Below the pieces are notes generated by a model. That model had not been told where the DNA came from. It did no database searches and worked only from the letters and a program-made list of their open reading frames with translations. Of a DNA stretch of 64,000 nucleotides, positions 1 through 9,763 are shown piece after piece (position 1 is the stretch's first letter; each line of letters begins with the position of its first letter). A program made the translations under genes and the position numbers. This DNA comes from Ilumatobacteraceae bacterium (GTDB lineage Bacteria > Actinomycetota > Acidimicrobiia > Acidimicrobiales > Ilumatobacteraceae), in assembly GCA_964203235.1 (NCBI GenBank), contig CAXNLE010000001.1, positions 876,069 through 940,068 on the forward strand, read 5' to 3'.

Positions 1-1042
1 CACAAATATCAAACAAGCGATTCATGGTCGGAAAACTCGGTGAACCGTCGTAAAGCACTGCTGTTGCACCACTAGCCAATACGGACACGAGCCAGTTCCA
101 CATCATCCAACCAGTGGTCGTGAAGTACATCACTCGATCACCAGCACGGATGTCGCAATGCAATTGATGTTCTTTCAGATGCTGAAGTAGCACCCCGCCA
201 GTTCTATGAACGATACATTTTGGCACGCCCGTAGTGCCCGAGGAATAAAGCACATACCACGGATGATCGAAACCGAATCTTCTTGGATCGATTGACGCTC
301 CTAGATATGACGAAATGAAACTTTCATAGGGCGTCATTATTAAATTTGTGCTCACTGTTGTTTGGCCGACCAGCAAAGTTTTAAGCAGCGATGGCAACCC
401 GGTTTGTATTACTGCGAGTCGCTCAAAACAATCAAACTTCTTGCCACCATATATATAAGAATCAGTTGCAACTAAGACCTTCGGCGAGATCTGACTGAAT
501 CGATCAAGCACTCCTTGAGCTCCAAAATCTGGCGAGCATGATGAGAAAACAGCACCAATCGATGCAGCGGCAAGCATTGTCTCAATCGCTTCGATTCCAT
601 TTGGAAGCCATGCGACAACGCGATCACCATCAACAACGCCCAAGTTTTCTAGGGCACCAGCGAGGCGCGCAACTCGCAGCCGCAATTCATCCCATGTCCG
701 AATAACTCGATTCCCGGTTTCGCCAATTGCGACGATTGCTTCACCTTGACCTGCATGACGAAAAAAATTTTCAACGACACTCAAATTCGCATCAGGAAAA
801 AACCTGGTGGATATAAATTCACGCGACGGATCTGATGGAAACTCAGTCCGTTGGATAATTCGCTCGCCACGCTCACCAACAACACCACAAAAATCCCAGA
901 CACTTGCCCAAAAATCTTCTGGCTGGGCGATAGACCAACTATGTAAATCTTCAAACCCTCGAGAGCCCGCGAACTCGTGAAGTCGAGTTCGGCCAACTAG
1001 TGCTGGGTCGGGGGCATATACGATTTCGCCTCGCTGGATCAC
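1..1042 (-). CDS. acetoacetyl-CoA synthetase (AMP-forming), N-terminal ~347 aa only; C-terminus lies beyond the left window edge
   Basis: Own minus-strand translation; the ORF is missing from the track because it has no in-window stop. It starts at GTG 1042: VIQRGEIVYAPDP..WSIAQPEDFWASVWDF..DHPWYVLYSSGTTGVPKCIVHRTGG..TTGWMMWNW. The YSSGTTGxPK AMP-binding motif and N-terminal layout are typical of acetoacetate-CoA ligases. Confidence 0.8.
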   Translation of the reverse strand, partial: MIQRGEIVYAPDPALVGRTRLHEFAGSRGFEDLHSWSIAQPEDFWASVWDFCGVVGERGERIIQRTEFPSDPSREFISTRFFPDANLSVVENFFRHAGQGEAIVAIGETGNRVIRTWDELRLRVARLAGALENLGVVDGDRVVAWLPNGIEAIETMLAAASIGAVFSSCSPDFGAQGVLDRFSQISPKVLVATDSYIYGGKKFDCFERLAVIQTGLPSLLKTLLVGQTTVSTNLIMTPYESFISSYLGASIDPRRFGFDHPWYVLYSSGTTGVPKCIVHRTGGVLLQHLKEHQLHCDIRAGDRVMYFTTTGWMMWNWLVSVLASGATAVLYDGSPSFPTMNRLFDIC

Positions 1043-1061
1043 GACATATAAACTAATTGCT

Positions 1062-1958
1062 ATGAATTGGGATGTCTTCATTACATGCGCGGTGACTGGG
1101 GCTGGCGAGACCACAAACAAAAGTGACAAGGTTCCGGTTACTCCTAAACAGATTGCAGAATCGGCTTTAGATGCCGCCAAGGCAGGCGCCGCTGTTGTTC
1201 ATATTCATGTACGTGATCCAAAAACTGGTAAAGGTTCACGCGATGTCGACCTGTATGCCGAGGTCGTTGACCGCATTCGGTCGTCAGATACTGATGTTGT
1301 ATTGAACCTAACTGCAGGCATGGGAGGCGATTTAGTACTCGGTGGGGATGAAAATGTTTTACCGATAGATGTTGCGAACACCGACATGGTCGGCGCAACG
1401 GAACGGCTCGCTCATGTTGCACGCTTAAAGCCCGAAATTTGCACACTCGATTGTGGCACGATGAACTTTTCATCTGGTGGCGACTACATCATGGTCAATA
1501 CGCCAAGTGTGTTGCGATCAATGGCCAAGCAAGTGCAAAAACTTGGAGTGCGAGCCGAACTTGAAGTATTCGACACGGGTCATCTCGTCATGGTGAAAGA
1601 TTTAATTACTGAAGGTCTGCTTGATGACCCTGTGATGATTCAACTTTGCATGGGTATCGCTTATGGAGCACCGGATGATCCGACTACTTTCATGGCGCTA
1701 GTTCATCAACTTCCCCCTGGAGCCGTGTTTTCTGCATTTTCGATCAGTCGAATGCAGTTGCCATTTGTGGCGATGGCTGCGCTTGCGGGCGGCAACGTGC
1801 GAGTGGGACTCGAAGACAACATTTATCTATCGCGTGGCGAGATGGCTTCGAACGCTGACCTGGTTTCGCGTGCGGTGAACATTCTTGAAAATATGAACGT
1901 CAACGTAATTGGCCCAGATGCTGTTCGCGAAAAACTTCAACTCACAAAGCATTCGTGA
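1062..1958 (+). CDS. beta-keto acid cleavage enzyme (BKACE/DUF849, 3-keto-5-aminohexanoate cleavage family); dehydrocarnitine cleavage enzyme-like
   Basis: 298 aa. The N-terminus MNWDVFITCAVTGAGET..PVTPKQIAESALDAAKAGAAVVHIHVRD is typical of BKACE TIM-barrel enzymes. It is the first gene of the carnitine operon, immediately before the carnitine dehydrogenase. Confidence 0.8.
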   Translation: MNWDVFITCAVTGAGETTNKSDKVPVTPKQIAESALDAAKAGAAVVHIHVRDPKTGKGSRDVDLYAEVVDRIRSSDTDVVLNLTAGMGGDLVLGGDENVLPIDVANTDMVGATERLAHVARLKPEICTLDCGTMNFSSGGDYIMVNTPSVLRSMAKQVQKLGVRAELEVFDTGHLVMVKDLITEGLLDDPVMIQLCMGIAYGAPDDPTTFMALVHQLPPGAVFSAFSISRMQLPFVAMAALAGGNVRVGLEDNIYLSRGEMASNADLVSRAVNILENMNVNVIGPDAVREKLQLTKHS

Positions 1959-3436
1959 CTGCCAACTCAACACTTAAAACTGTAGGACTTCTTGGTGGAG
2001 GTGTAATTGGCGGCGGTTGGGCTGCGCGTTTCGTTCTAAACGGTTACGACGTAAAAATCTATGACGTTGACCCTCAGGCAAAACGAAAAATTGGTGAAGT
2101 TATGGCAAACGCCCGCCGTGCCTACGCCAAACTAACGCTCGCACCCTTACCACACGAGGGCACGATTACATTCGTTGATACTCCTGAAGATGCAGTCACT
2201 GGCGTTGACTTCGTTCAAGAGAGTGCGCCTGAACGTGTCGAACTAAAACAAGAACTACTCGCAAGAGCAAGTCGCGTAGCGCCTGCGCATGTCGTATTTG
2301 GATCATCAACTTCTGGAATTTTACCAAGTCAGTTGCAACGCGATATGACGTTTCCAGAGCGACTTGTCGTTGGTCATCCATTTAATCCGGTTTATTTATT
2401 GCCCTTAGTTGAGATATGCGGTGGCGACAAAACATCACTAGATGCTCGCGAACGTGCGCGCGAGGTATACGAATCAATTGGAATGCGACCATTGATGTTG
2501 CAAAAAGAAATAGATGGTTTCGTCGCCGATCGACTTATGGAAGCAATGTGGCGCGAAGCACTTTGGCTGATCAATGACGGCGTCGCAACAGCAGAAGAAA
2601 TAGACGATGCAATCCGTTTTGGTGCTGGTCTGCGCTGGTCATTTATGGGGACCTTCTTGGTATACCGAATCGCAGGCGGTGAAGCAGGAATGCGACACTT
2701 CATGGCGCAATTCGGACCAACTCTAAAGTGGCCGTGGACGAAACTGATGAATGTCCCGGAACTAGACGATGTATTACTTGAAAAGATTGTTTCGCAATCC
2801 GATGAACAGGCTGGAAGTCGAACAATCCGCGAACTTGAAATACTGCGTGATGATTGCCTAGTTGCGGTGATGCAAGGACTCAAACATGTCGGCTTCGGTG
2901 CAGGCGAAACTTTGGCCGCCTACGAAAGAAAATTATTCAGTGGCGCGACTGTTGCTCCAACAAATATTGAAAACCCGATCGAAGTACAACGTCGACGCAT
3001 CACAGCCGACTGGGCAGATTACAACGGTCACACCAATGACAGTCGGTACATGCAACTCTCAAGCGAAGCGTTAGATGTTTTCTTTAGATCAATTGGGTTT
3101 TCGAATGATTATCTCGCAACCGGTCGCTCGCTCTACACACTTGAAAGTCACATTAGGTATATCAACGAAAGCAAAGTCGGTGATGAAATCGTCGTAACGG
3201 CTCAAGTAATTGCGCTTGACGATAAGAAGGTTCACATGCATTCAGTGATGTCGCAGACTGACGGCACGATCGTTGCAACTGGAGAACACATTTATCTTCA
3301 TGTCGATACGAAACTTAAGAAGTCGTGCCCGATCGGCACTGAGTTACTAGTTCTACTAGAACCAATCGCCAAGGCTCATGCGAATTTATCTAGACCTGAA
3401 GGCGTAGGTCGCTTCGTAGGTCAAAGTATTAAATGA
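1955..3436 (+). CDS. lcdH: L-carnitine 3-dehydrogenase (3-hydroxyacyl-CoA dehydrogenase fold) fused to a C-terminal hotdog thioesterase domain
   Basis: 493 aa. It has an N-terminal Rossmann motif (GLLGGGVIGGGWAARF) and a 3HCDH-like core. The C-terminal ~160 aa are paralogous to the next ORF (DWADYNGHTND..YTLESHIRY vs DWVDYNNHMTE..YTVETHIVY). A GTGA overlap links it to the upstream gene. Confidence 0.7.
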   Translation: MTANSTLKTVGLLGGGVIGGGWAARFVLNGYDVKIYDVDPQAKRKIGEVMANARRAYAKLTLAPLPHEGTITFVDTPEDAVTGVDFVQESAPERVELKQELLARASRVAPAHVVFGSSTSGILPSQLQRDMTFPERLVVGHPFNPVYLLPLVEICGGDKTSLDARERAREVYESIGMRPLMLQKEIDGFVADRLMEAMWREALWLINDGVATAEEIDDAIRFGAGLRWSFMGTFLVYRIAGGEAGMRHFMAQFGPTLKWPWTKLMNVPELDDVLLEKIVSQSDEQAGSRTIRELEILRDDCLVAVMQGLKHVGFGAGETLAAYERKLFSGATVAPTNIENPIEVQRRRITADWADYNGHTNDSRYMQLSSEALDVFFRSIGFSNDYLATGRSLYTLESHIRYINESKVGDEIVVTAQVIALDDKKVHMHSVMSQTDGTIVATGEHIYLHVDTKLKKSCPIGTELLVLLEPIAKAHANLSRPEGVGRFVGQSIK

Positions 3437-3960
3437 CAGAACCCCTACGCCAGCAAACAGAGCCATGGAAAAATGGCGAAGAGGTTGATGCTCCTCTAGA
3501 TATTTATCGTTGCCAAGTAATTCAAGACTGGGTCGACTACAACAATCACATGACAGAAGCTGCATACCTAACGGTGTTTGGCTGGGCGTCAGATGTATTA
3601 TTTCAGTACATCGGGGTTGACGATCACTACCGTGCTGCTGGTAGTTCGTTCTACACCGTCGAGACTCACATTGTTTACGAGCGCGAAGCAGCCATAAGTG
3701 ACTCACTCAGAGTCACAACCCAAGTGCTTGATTTTGACACTAAGCGTTTGCACTTCAATCATGAAATGTTTGACATAAGTACCGGAAACCGATTATCCAC
3801 TTGTGAACAGATGCTTCTTCACGTTGACTCGGCGGCTGCTAAGTCGTCAGCGATCATGCCATCAGTTGCCGTTGCGCTTAGCGCGATTCTGTCGAGTCAT
3901 CGCAAACTTGCTACCCCACCAGAAGTTGGTCGAATTATGAAAATCAAGCACAAGATCTGA
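3433..3960 (+). CDS. 4HBT/hotdog-fold acyl-CoA thioesterase (betainyl-CoA / carnitinyl-CoA thioesterase-like)
   Basis: 175 aa. It is a clear paralogue of the C-terminal domain of the preceding fusion protein. An ATGA overlap with the upstream gene indicates translational coupling. Confidence 0.65.
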   Translation: MTEPLRQQTEPWKNGEEVDAPLDIYRCQVIQDWVDYNNHMTEAAYLTVFGWASDVLFQYIGVDDHYRAAGSSFYTVETHIVYEREAAISDSLRVTTQVLDFDTKRLHFNHEMFDISTGNRLSTCEQMLLHVDSAAAKSSAIMPSVAVALSAILSSHRKLATPPEVGRIMKIKHKI

Positions 3961-3971
3961 GAGAATAGATC

Positions 3972-5132
3972 ATGGACTTTCGTTTAACTCAAGAACAAGA
4001 GATGATTGTTGATACGACTCGTACTTTCACAGAACGCGAATTGATTCCCCATGAAGAGCAGGTTGAACGTGACAGACAAGTTTCCCCAGACCTCGTTAAA
4101 CAAATTAAACAACGCTCAATTGATGCAGGTCTTTACGCTTGCAATATGCCGACCGAACTTGGTGGTGGCGGACTCAATTCATTTGACACAACACTTGTAG
4201 ATCGTGAATTCGGAGTCACCTCGTATGCATTGCATTATGTAGTTGCGCGACCAAGCAATATCTTGCGCGCCTGCAAAGATCAACAAATAGCCGAGTATTT
4301 AATCCCTACGATTACAGGCGATCGCGTCGAATGTCTTGCGATGTCGGAGCCTGATGCTGGTTCAGATGTACGCGGAATGAAGTGCACCGCAACCCAGGGT
4401 GGAGATGATTGGATCATCAATGGCACAAAACATTTCATTTCACACGCCGACATGGCCGATTACGTTATTTTGTTTGCAGCAAGCGGAGAAGAGCAAACAT
4501 CAAAGGGAGTCAAGAAAAAGATCACAGGTTTTTTAGTCGATTTTGAAACTAAAGGTTGCGAGCGAATCAAGGGTTACAACTGCGTATCAAATAATGGTTA
4601 TCACAACCTGATCATTAATTTTGATAATTGTCGCGTACCAAATAGAAATGTCTTGGGCGAAGTTCACAATGGTTTTGACGCCGCTAATGAGTGGCTTGGT
4701 GCGACTCGCCTACAGGTCGCTGCAGTATGTGTTGGCCGAGCACGTCGCGCACTCAAACTTGCGGTCGAATGGGCCGCTACGCGTGAACAGTTTGGCCAGC
4801 AGATCGGCAAGTTTCAAGGCGTGTCGTTCAAACTTGCGGACATGCAAATTCAACTTGACGCTGCAGAATTGCTGACTTTACGCGCTGCGTTCAACGATGC
4901 GGCTGGCAATTTTAGCGACACCGAAGTTGCTATGGCGAAAGTTTTTTCAAGCGAAATGTGTCAGTTCGTCACAGATGAAGCAATTCAAATTTTTGGCGGC
5001 ATGGGATTGATGGACGAATTGCCATTAGAACGCATGTGGCGTGACACTCGTGTTGATCGTATTTGGGATGGCACTAGCGAGATTCAACGCCATGTTATTT
5101 CGCGCGCTTTGTTGCGTCCTCATGGCGGATGA
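3972..5132 (+). CDS. acyl-CoA dehydrogenase (CaiA / gamma-butyrobetainyl-CoA dehydrogenase-like by context)
   Basis: 386 aa with canonical ACAD layout: MDFRLTQEQEMI.., ..LAMSEPDAGSDV.., C-terminal ..RMWRDTRVDRIWDGTSEIQRHVISRAL. Confidence 0.9.
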   Translation: MDFRLTQEQEMIVDTTRTFTERELIPHEEQVERDRQVSPDLVKQIKQRSIDAGLYACNMPTELGGGGLNSFDTTLVDREFGVTSYALHYVVARPSNILRACKDQQIAEYLIPTITGDRVECLAMSEPDAGSDVRGMKCTATQGGDDWIINGTKHFISHADMADYVILFAASGEEQTSKGVKKKITGFLVDFETKGCERIKGYNCVSNNGYHNLIINFDNCRVPNRNVLGEVHNGFDAANEWLGATRLQVAAVCVGRARRALKLAVEWAATREQFGQQIGKFQGVSFKLADMQIQLDAAELLTLRAAFNDAAGNFSDTEVAMAKVFSSEMCQFVTDEAIQIFGGMGLMDELPLERMWRDTRVDRIWDGTSEIQRHVISRALLRPHGG

Positions 5133-7158
5133 ACAACGACTTTCAAGAACGCTAAACCCGCGTTCAATTGCACTGTTTGGCACTAGTCCTGCGCAAAGTG
5201 TTATTGAACAATGTCTAAAGCTTGGTTTCACAGGCAATCTATGGCCAGTTCACCCAACGCGCGAAACACTCGCAGGAGTTGAGTGCTATAAATCTGTCTC
5301 TGATCTTCCGAGTGCACCAGATGTTGCTTTCGTTGCCGTTAATCGCATCGCAACTATCGATGTAATCGCACAACTGTCGAAGGCTGGCGCTGGTGGTGCG
5401 GTTTGTTACGCCTCAGGCTTTGCCGAGTCGGGCATGGACTCTGGCGTGAATGGTGTTGAATTACAACAGCAACTTGTTAACACCGCTGGTGAGATGCCGA
5501 TTCTCGGACCTAATTGTTATGGCTATATCAATGCGCTGGATGGCATTGCATTGTGGCCCGATCAACACGGCTGCAGGCCGTTAACAAGTGGTGTTGCGAT
5601 AGTAAGTCAAAGTGGCAATGTGGGTTTGAATTTAACATTGCAACAGCGAGGGCTAGACCTCGCTTACCTGGTAACAGTGGGAAACCAAGCATCGGCGGGA
5701 GTCGAAGATTGCCTCGAAGTTTTCATCAACGACAGTCGCGTTACGGCAATTGGATTATTTATCGAAGCGATCGTTGATCCAATTCGTTTTGCAAAACTCG
5801 CGTTGATTGCAGATCACCGAAATATGCGAATAGTCGCACTACAAACTGGGCGTAGCGAGGCAGGTGCAACGATTGCTGCGTCACATACGGCATCTCTCGC
5901 AGGGCGTCGCAGTGCGTATGAAGCCTTTTTCTCTAGATGCGGCGTAGCAATGGTCAATACACCGGTGGAGTTAATCGAAACTTTGAAATTGCTACATCAA
6001 GGTGGCGCATTGTCAGGCAACAAACTTGTATCGCTGTCATGCTCTGGCGGTGAAGCATCGTTGATTGCTGATCTTTGTGAGAAGACTTCTCTAGTTTTTG
6101 AGCCATTTTCTAATGAACAACATAGGAGAATTAGTTCAACACTCACAGAATTAGTAACTGTCGGTAATCCATTTGACTACCACACATTTATGTGGGGTGA
6201 CCGAACTGCGACAGCAAACACTTTCACTCAAGTTATGTCCGGTCCACAAGATGCAACATTGCTGATTCTTGATACGCCGCCAAGAAGTGATCATGACTCG
6301 AGAACTTGGGTTACCGCTGCGCAATCAATTGGAGATGCTGCAAATACAACAAATCGTCGCGGTGTAATCATCGCAACTGTCCCCGAATGTGTCACCGATG
6401 CAGTTCGTGCAGCCGCAAATGAAGCGAACATAGTTGTTTTGCAAGGATTGCAAGATGCCGTCGTTGCGCTTGATGCCGCGGCATGGCTAGCAACTCGCCA
6501 CGCTAACGAAGCACCTGCACGAGTTGAAATCGCTACCTCAACAAAATTGATAAACGAGGCTGACGCAAAATTGCTTTTGGTTAAAAACGGCGTGAATGTG
6601 CCATCAGGCAAGAAGTGCTCACGCGACACTGTTCTTGAAACTGCAAATCAGATTGGCTACCCGATAACGCTTAAAGGACTTGGCTTAGCCCACAAAAGTG
6701 AATCTGGTGCAGTGAAAGTTGGTCTGCAGAATGAACTACAAATTGTTGAGGCAATCTCTTCAATGCAAGTTTCAATATCGGAATTTCTCGTAGAACAGAC
6801 TGTTACGAATGTTGTTGCTGAAATACTCGTCAGTGTGCGACGTGACGCCCCTGTCGGTTGGCTAATTACCTTAGGAGCAGGTGGAATTTATACAGAATTA
6901 TGGCGTGACACGACTTATCTCCTAGCACCAGTTAGTGATTCAGCCATCAAACAAGCGCTTGCGAAATTGCGTATTTTTCCATTACTAGACGGTTTTCGCG
7001 GAAAGCCAGCAGGCAATCTGAAATCACTTATTGAGTTAATCCAAAACGTCATTTCAGCAGCGATGAACAACGACCTTGTAGAGATTGAATTGAATCCTGT
7101 GCTAGTTACACCCGAAATAGCAATCGCGGTTGATGCACTAATGATTGCGAGCATCTGA
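5122..7158 (+). CDS. ADP(NDP)-forming acyl-CoA synthetase (CoA-binding + succinyl-CoA-ligase-like + ATP-grasp domains)
   Basis: The track ORF starts at 5041, inside the ACAD gene. I prefer ATG 5122, which overlaps the ACAD stop (ATGGCGGATGA). MADEQRLSRTLNPRSIALFGTSP..GFTGNLWPVHP is a typical N-terminal CoA-binding domain, and the C-terminal part resembles an ATP-grasp. Confidence 0.75.
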   Translation: MADEQRLSRTLNPRSIALFGTSPAQSVIEQCLKLGFTGNLWPVHPTRETLAGVECYKSVSDLPSAPDVAFVAVNRIATIDVIAQLSKAGAGGAVCYASGFAESGMDSGVNGVELQQQLVNTAGEMPILGPNCYGYINALDGIALWPDQHGCRPLTSGVAIVSQSGNVGLNLTLQQRGLDLAYLVTVGNQASAGVEDCLEVFINDSRVTAIGLFIEAIVDPIRFAKLALIADHRNMRIVALQTGRSEAGATIAASHTASLAGRRSAYEAFFSRCGVAMVNTPVELIETLKLLHQGGALSGNKLVSLSCSGGEASLIADLCEKTSLVFEPFSNEQHRRISSTLTELVTVGNPFDYHTFMWGDRTATANTFTQVMSGPQDATLLILDTPPRSDHDSRTWVTAAQSIGDAANTTNRRGVIIATVPECVTDAVRAAANEANIVVLQGLQDAVVALDAAAWLATRHANEAPARVEIATSTKLINEADAKLLLVKNGVNVPSGKKCSRDTVLETANQIGYPITLKGLGLAHKSESGAVKVGLQNELQIVEAISSMQVSISEFLVEQTVTNVVAEILVSVRRDAPVGWLITLGAGGIYTELWRDTTYLLAPVSDSAIKQALAKLRIFPLLDGFRGKPAGNLKSLIELIQNVISAAMNNDLVEIELNPVLVTPEIAIAVDALMIASI

Positions 7159-7928
7159 TGAGCGTTGAGGTAACTCGTGATGGCGAAGTTCTCGAAGTAA
7201 CAATCAACAGACCGAAAGCGAACGCTATTGATGCAGCGACGAGCCGAGAACTGAGCGCAATTTTCGAATCATTTATGAACGATACGAAGTTGCGTGTTGC
7301 GATCCTTACTGCTGCAGGTTCTAAATTCTTCTCAGCCGGATGGGATCTTGTTGCTGCTAATGAAGGGGAAGCATTCGAGTCTGACTATGGCGTTGGCGGA
7401 TTCGGTGGAATCTGCGAACTTAAGTTTCGCCCTAAGCCGATTATCGCAGCAATAAACGGCATGGCTGTTGGTGGAGGTTTTGAGATTGCCTTAGCAGCTG
7501 ACCTGATTGTGGCTGCCGAGCATGCAACTTTTTTTCTTCCAGAATCTACACTCGGATTAATTGCCGACAATGCGACAATTCGTCTACCAAAAATATTGCC
7601 ACCAAATATTGCGCGCGAATTCTTGATCTCAGGTAGACGAATGCTGGCCACCGAAGCACAATCTTGGGGAATCGTAAATGAAGTCACTTCTGCTGATGAC
7701 TTGCTGCCCGCGGCGCGACGACTCGCTCAACGAATTTGCCAGTCAGCACCACTAAGCGTCACTGCGGTGCTAGATCTGATGCGAACTCTTGAGACGGTTG
7801 CTACTTCTGATGCAATGAAGGTACTTCGAGACGATAATTCATATCGTTCAGCTATTGATTCATTAGACGCAAAAGAAGGCACCATTGCTTTTGCAGAGAA
7901 ACGCAAACCAAACTGGCAGGGCCGTTAA
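7158..7928 (+). CDS. caiD: carnitinyl-CoA dehydratase / crotonobetainyl-CoA hydratase (crotonase superfamily)
   Basis: 256 aa. It matches E. coli CaiD as I remember it over long stretches: KFFSAGWDL, RLPKILPP, GRRM..EA..WGIVN, SAPLS, AFAEKRKPNWQGR at the C-terminus. The start overlaps the upstream stop. Confidence 0.8.
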   Translation: MSVEVTRDGEVLEVTINRPKANAIDAATSRELSAIFESFMNDTKLRVAILTAAGSKFFSAGWDLVAANEGEAFESDYGVGGFGGICELKFRPKPIIAAINGMAVGGGFEIALAADLIVAAEHATFFLPESTLGLIADNATIRLPKILPPNIAREFLISGRRMLATEAQSWGIVNEVTSADDLLPAARRLAQRICQSAPLSVTAVLDLMRTLETVATSDAMKVLRDDNSYRSAIDSLDAKEGTIAFAEKRKPNWQGR

Positions 7929-7988
7929 CACCGACATACGTTTATTCTGAACAAAATCAGTTTCCTTGATGAGATGTAACCTTCAAAT

Positions 7989-8666
7989 ATGTCAGGTTCG
8001 GAGATAATGCGAAACAATAACGGCATTGACTTATCTGATGCATATGCGGTAGAAACTCCTGAAGATAGTCGTCGACTTTACGCCGCATGGGCCGATAGCT
8101 ACAACGAGACATTTATTGAAGCAAATAGTTACGTTTACCCACGCCGAGTCGCTGAACTGTTTGCAAAAAATATTCCTGTGTCTGGATATACGGATGTGAT
8201 TGATATTGGTTGCGGGACTGGTGCTGTTGGTAGTTTTCTGGCGAACCTTCGACCTCACTCGATAATAGATGGATTTGATATCTCCCCAGAGATGCTTGCT
8301 CAGGCTGCGCTGACTCGTCGAATCGATAATTCGCCCGTGTATCGCAATTTGCAAGAAGTTGATCTCACCAGCGAATTACCAAACAAGACATACAGCGCCA
8401 TGACGAGTGCAGGTACTTTTACTCATGGACATCTCGGACCTGAAACACTTCTTCAATTGATTGATCTTGTGAATGTTGGTGGCTGGTTTGTCATCGGTAT
8501 CAACGCCGAGCACTTCAAAACTCGTGGTTTTGCCGAAACCATTAACAGAGCAACTCTCTCAGGAAGCGTTAGCGAACCCGAAGTTCATATTGTAGATGTC
8601 TACGAGCCAGGCAGCCCTCACTTTGGTGACAAAGCAAACATCTGCATTTTTCAGCGTAAAAAATGA
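7989..8666 (+). CDS. class I SAM-dependent methyltransferase
   Basis: 225 aa with SAM-binding motif I (VIDIGCGTGAVG) and a following acidic residue (IIDGFDIS). Confidence 0.7.
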   Translation: MSGSEIMRNNNGIDLSDAYAVETPEDSRRLYAAWADSYNETFIEANSYVYPRRVAELFAKNIPVSGYTDVIDIGCGTGAVGSFLANLRPHSIIDGFDISPEMLAQAALTRRIDNSPVYRNLQEVDLTSELPNKTYSAMTSAGTFTHGHLGPETLLQLIDLVNVGGWFVIGINAEHFKTRGFAETINRATLSGSVSEPEVHIVDVYEPGSPHFGDKANICIFQRKK

Positions 8667-8731
8667 TTCAAATCACAATTCACAATCTTCTTGCGTTGAG
8701 ATCAACAGAGCGCGTCAACTAATATCAAGGT

Positions 8732-9760
8732 ATGCGTGATTACACAGTTGGTGGACCAAGTTCGATAACCGCGGCAGAAAATGGACTCGTTGATGCCGAC
8801 TGCTACAAACCAAAAATAGATCGAGAACTAATTAAGCAATTGATGATGCGCAACAACGGTTGGGCGATTGCACACATCGCAAGTTGGATTGCGGCGCTTG
8901 GGATATTTGGTTGGCTCGCTCATTTAAGTTGGGGATCCTGGTGGGCTGTGCCAACATTCGCAATTTATGGAGTGCTCTACGGTTCTATGAGTGATTCTCG
9001 ATGGCACGAGACCGCCCATCGCACTGCGTTTCGAACTAAATGGATGAATGATGTTGTCTATTACATCGCATCATTTATGATCTTTCGCGAACCAGAGACA
9101 TGGCGTTGGAGCCATGCTCGACATCACTCTGACACGATTATTGTCGGCAGAGACGCTGAAATTGCTTTCAAGCGAAATGTCCCTTTTCATAAATTTGTTT
9201 TAGAACTCGTTGGCATATCTGCAGTACCAAATGAATTCAAACAGTGGATCCAAAATTCTTTAGGAAATTTCACACACAATCAAAAAGAATTTCAGCCCGA
9301 AGAGACTTTTCGAATATCAAAGTGGGCATCTCGCATTTACATTTTAATTCTTGTAGGAGTTGTTGTCTCATGTGTTCTGGTTCGCAGTATTGAGCCTTTG
9401 ATGTTCATCGGGCTTCCTAGTTTTTATGGTCACTGGCTCGTGGTCACTCTCGGGATCACCCAACATGCAGGACTTGCTGAAGACGTTACAGATCATCGAC
9501 TCAATACACGAACCATATATATGGGCCCGTTGACACGCTGGATCTACTGGAATATGAACTATCACGTTGAGCATCACATTTATCCATCAGTGCCGTTTCA
9601 CTCATTAAAAAAATTGCATCTTGCGATAAAAGATCAATTGCCGACTCCCTACCCAAGTCTCTACAGAGCATTGCGTGAGGTAGTTCCAACTTTGCGCCGC
9701 CAAGCTGGCGACAGTGCCTATTTCGTAAAACGCGAATTGCCTCTAAGCGTAAATAACTAA
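8732..9760 (+). CDS. membrane di-iron oxygenase of the fatty-acid desaturase family (MocD-like)
   Basis: 342 aa, hydrophobic, with three His boxes (WHETAHR, HARHHSDT, NYHVEHHIYP). Confidence 0.75.
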   Translation: MRDYTVGGPSSITAAENGLVDADCYKPKIDRELIKQLMMRNNGWAIAHIASWIAALGIFGWLAHLSWGSWWAVPTFAIYGVLYGSMSDSRWHETAHRTAFRTKWMNDVVYYIASFMIFREPETWRWSHARHHSDTIIVGRDAEIAFKRNVPFHKFVLELVGISAVPNEFKQWIQNSLGNFTHNQKEFQPEETFRISKWASRIYILILVGVVVSCVLVRSIEPLMFIGLPSFYGHWLVVTLGITQHAGLAEDVTDHRLNTRTIYMGPLTRWIYWNMNYHVEHHIYPSVPFHSLKKLHLAIKDQLPTPYPSLYRALREVVPTLRRQAGDSAYFVKRELPLSVNN

Positions 9761-9763
9761 AAC

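Noticed and set aside
5041-5121. The N-terminal extension of the acyl-CoA synthetase ORF (track start 5041).
   Set aside because: The extension lies entirely inside the acyl-CoA dehydrogenase coding region and translates to a non-homologous hydrophobic peptide. ATG 5122, which overlaps the upstream stop, gives a canonical CoA-binding-domain N-terminus.
8667-8731. Small repeats upstream of the desaturase-family gene (TCACAAT x2; GTTGA-GA-TCAAC dyad) as an operator.
   Set aside because: They are too short to distinguish from chance without comparative data, and no regulator gene is adjacent.
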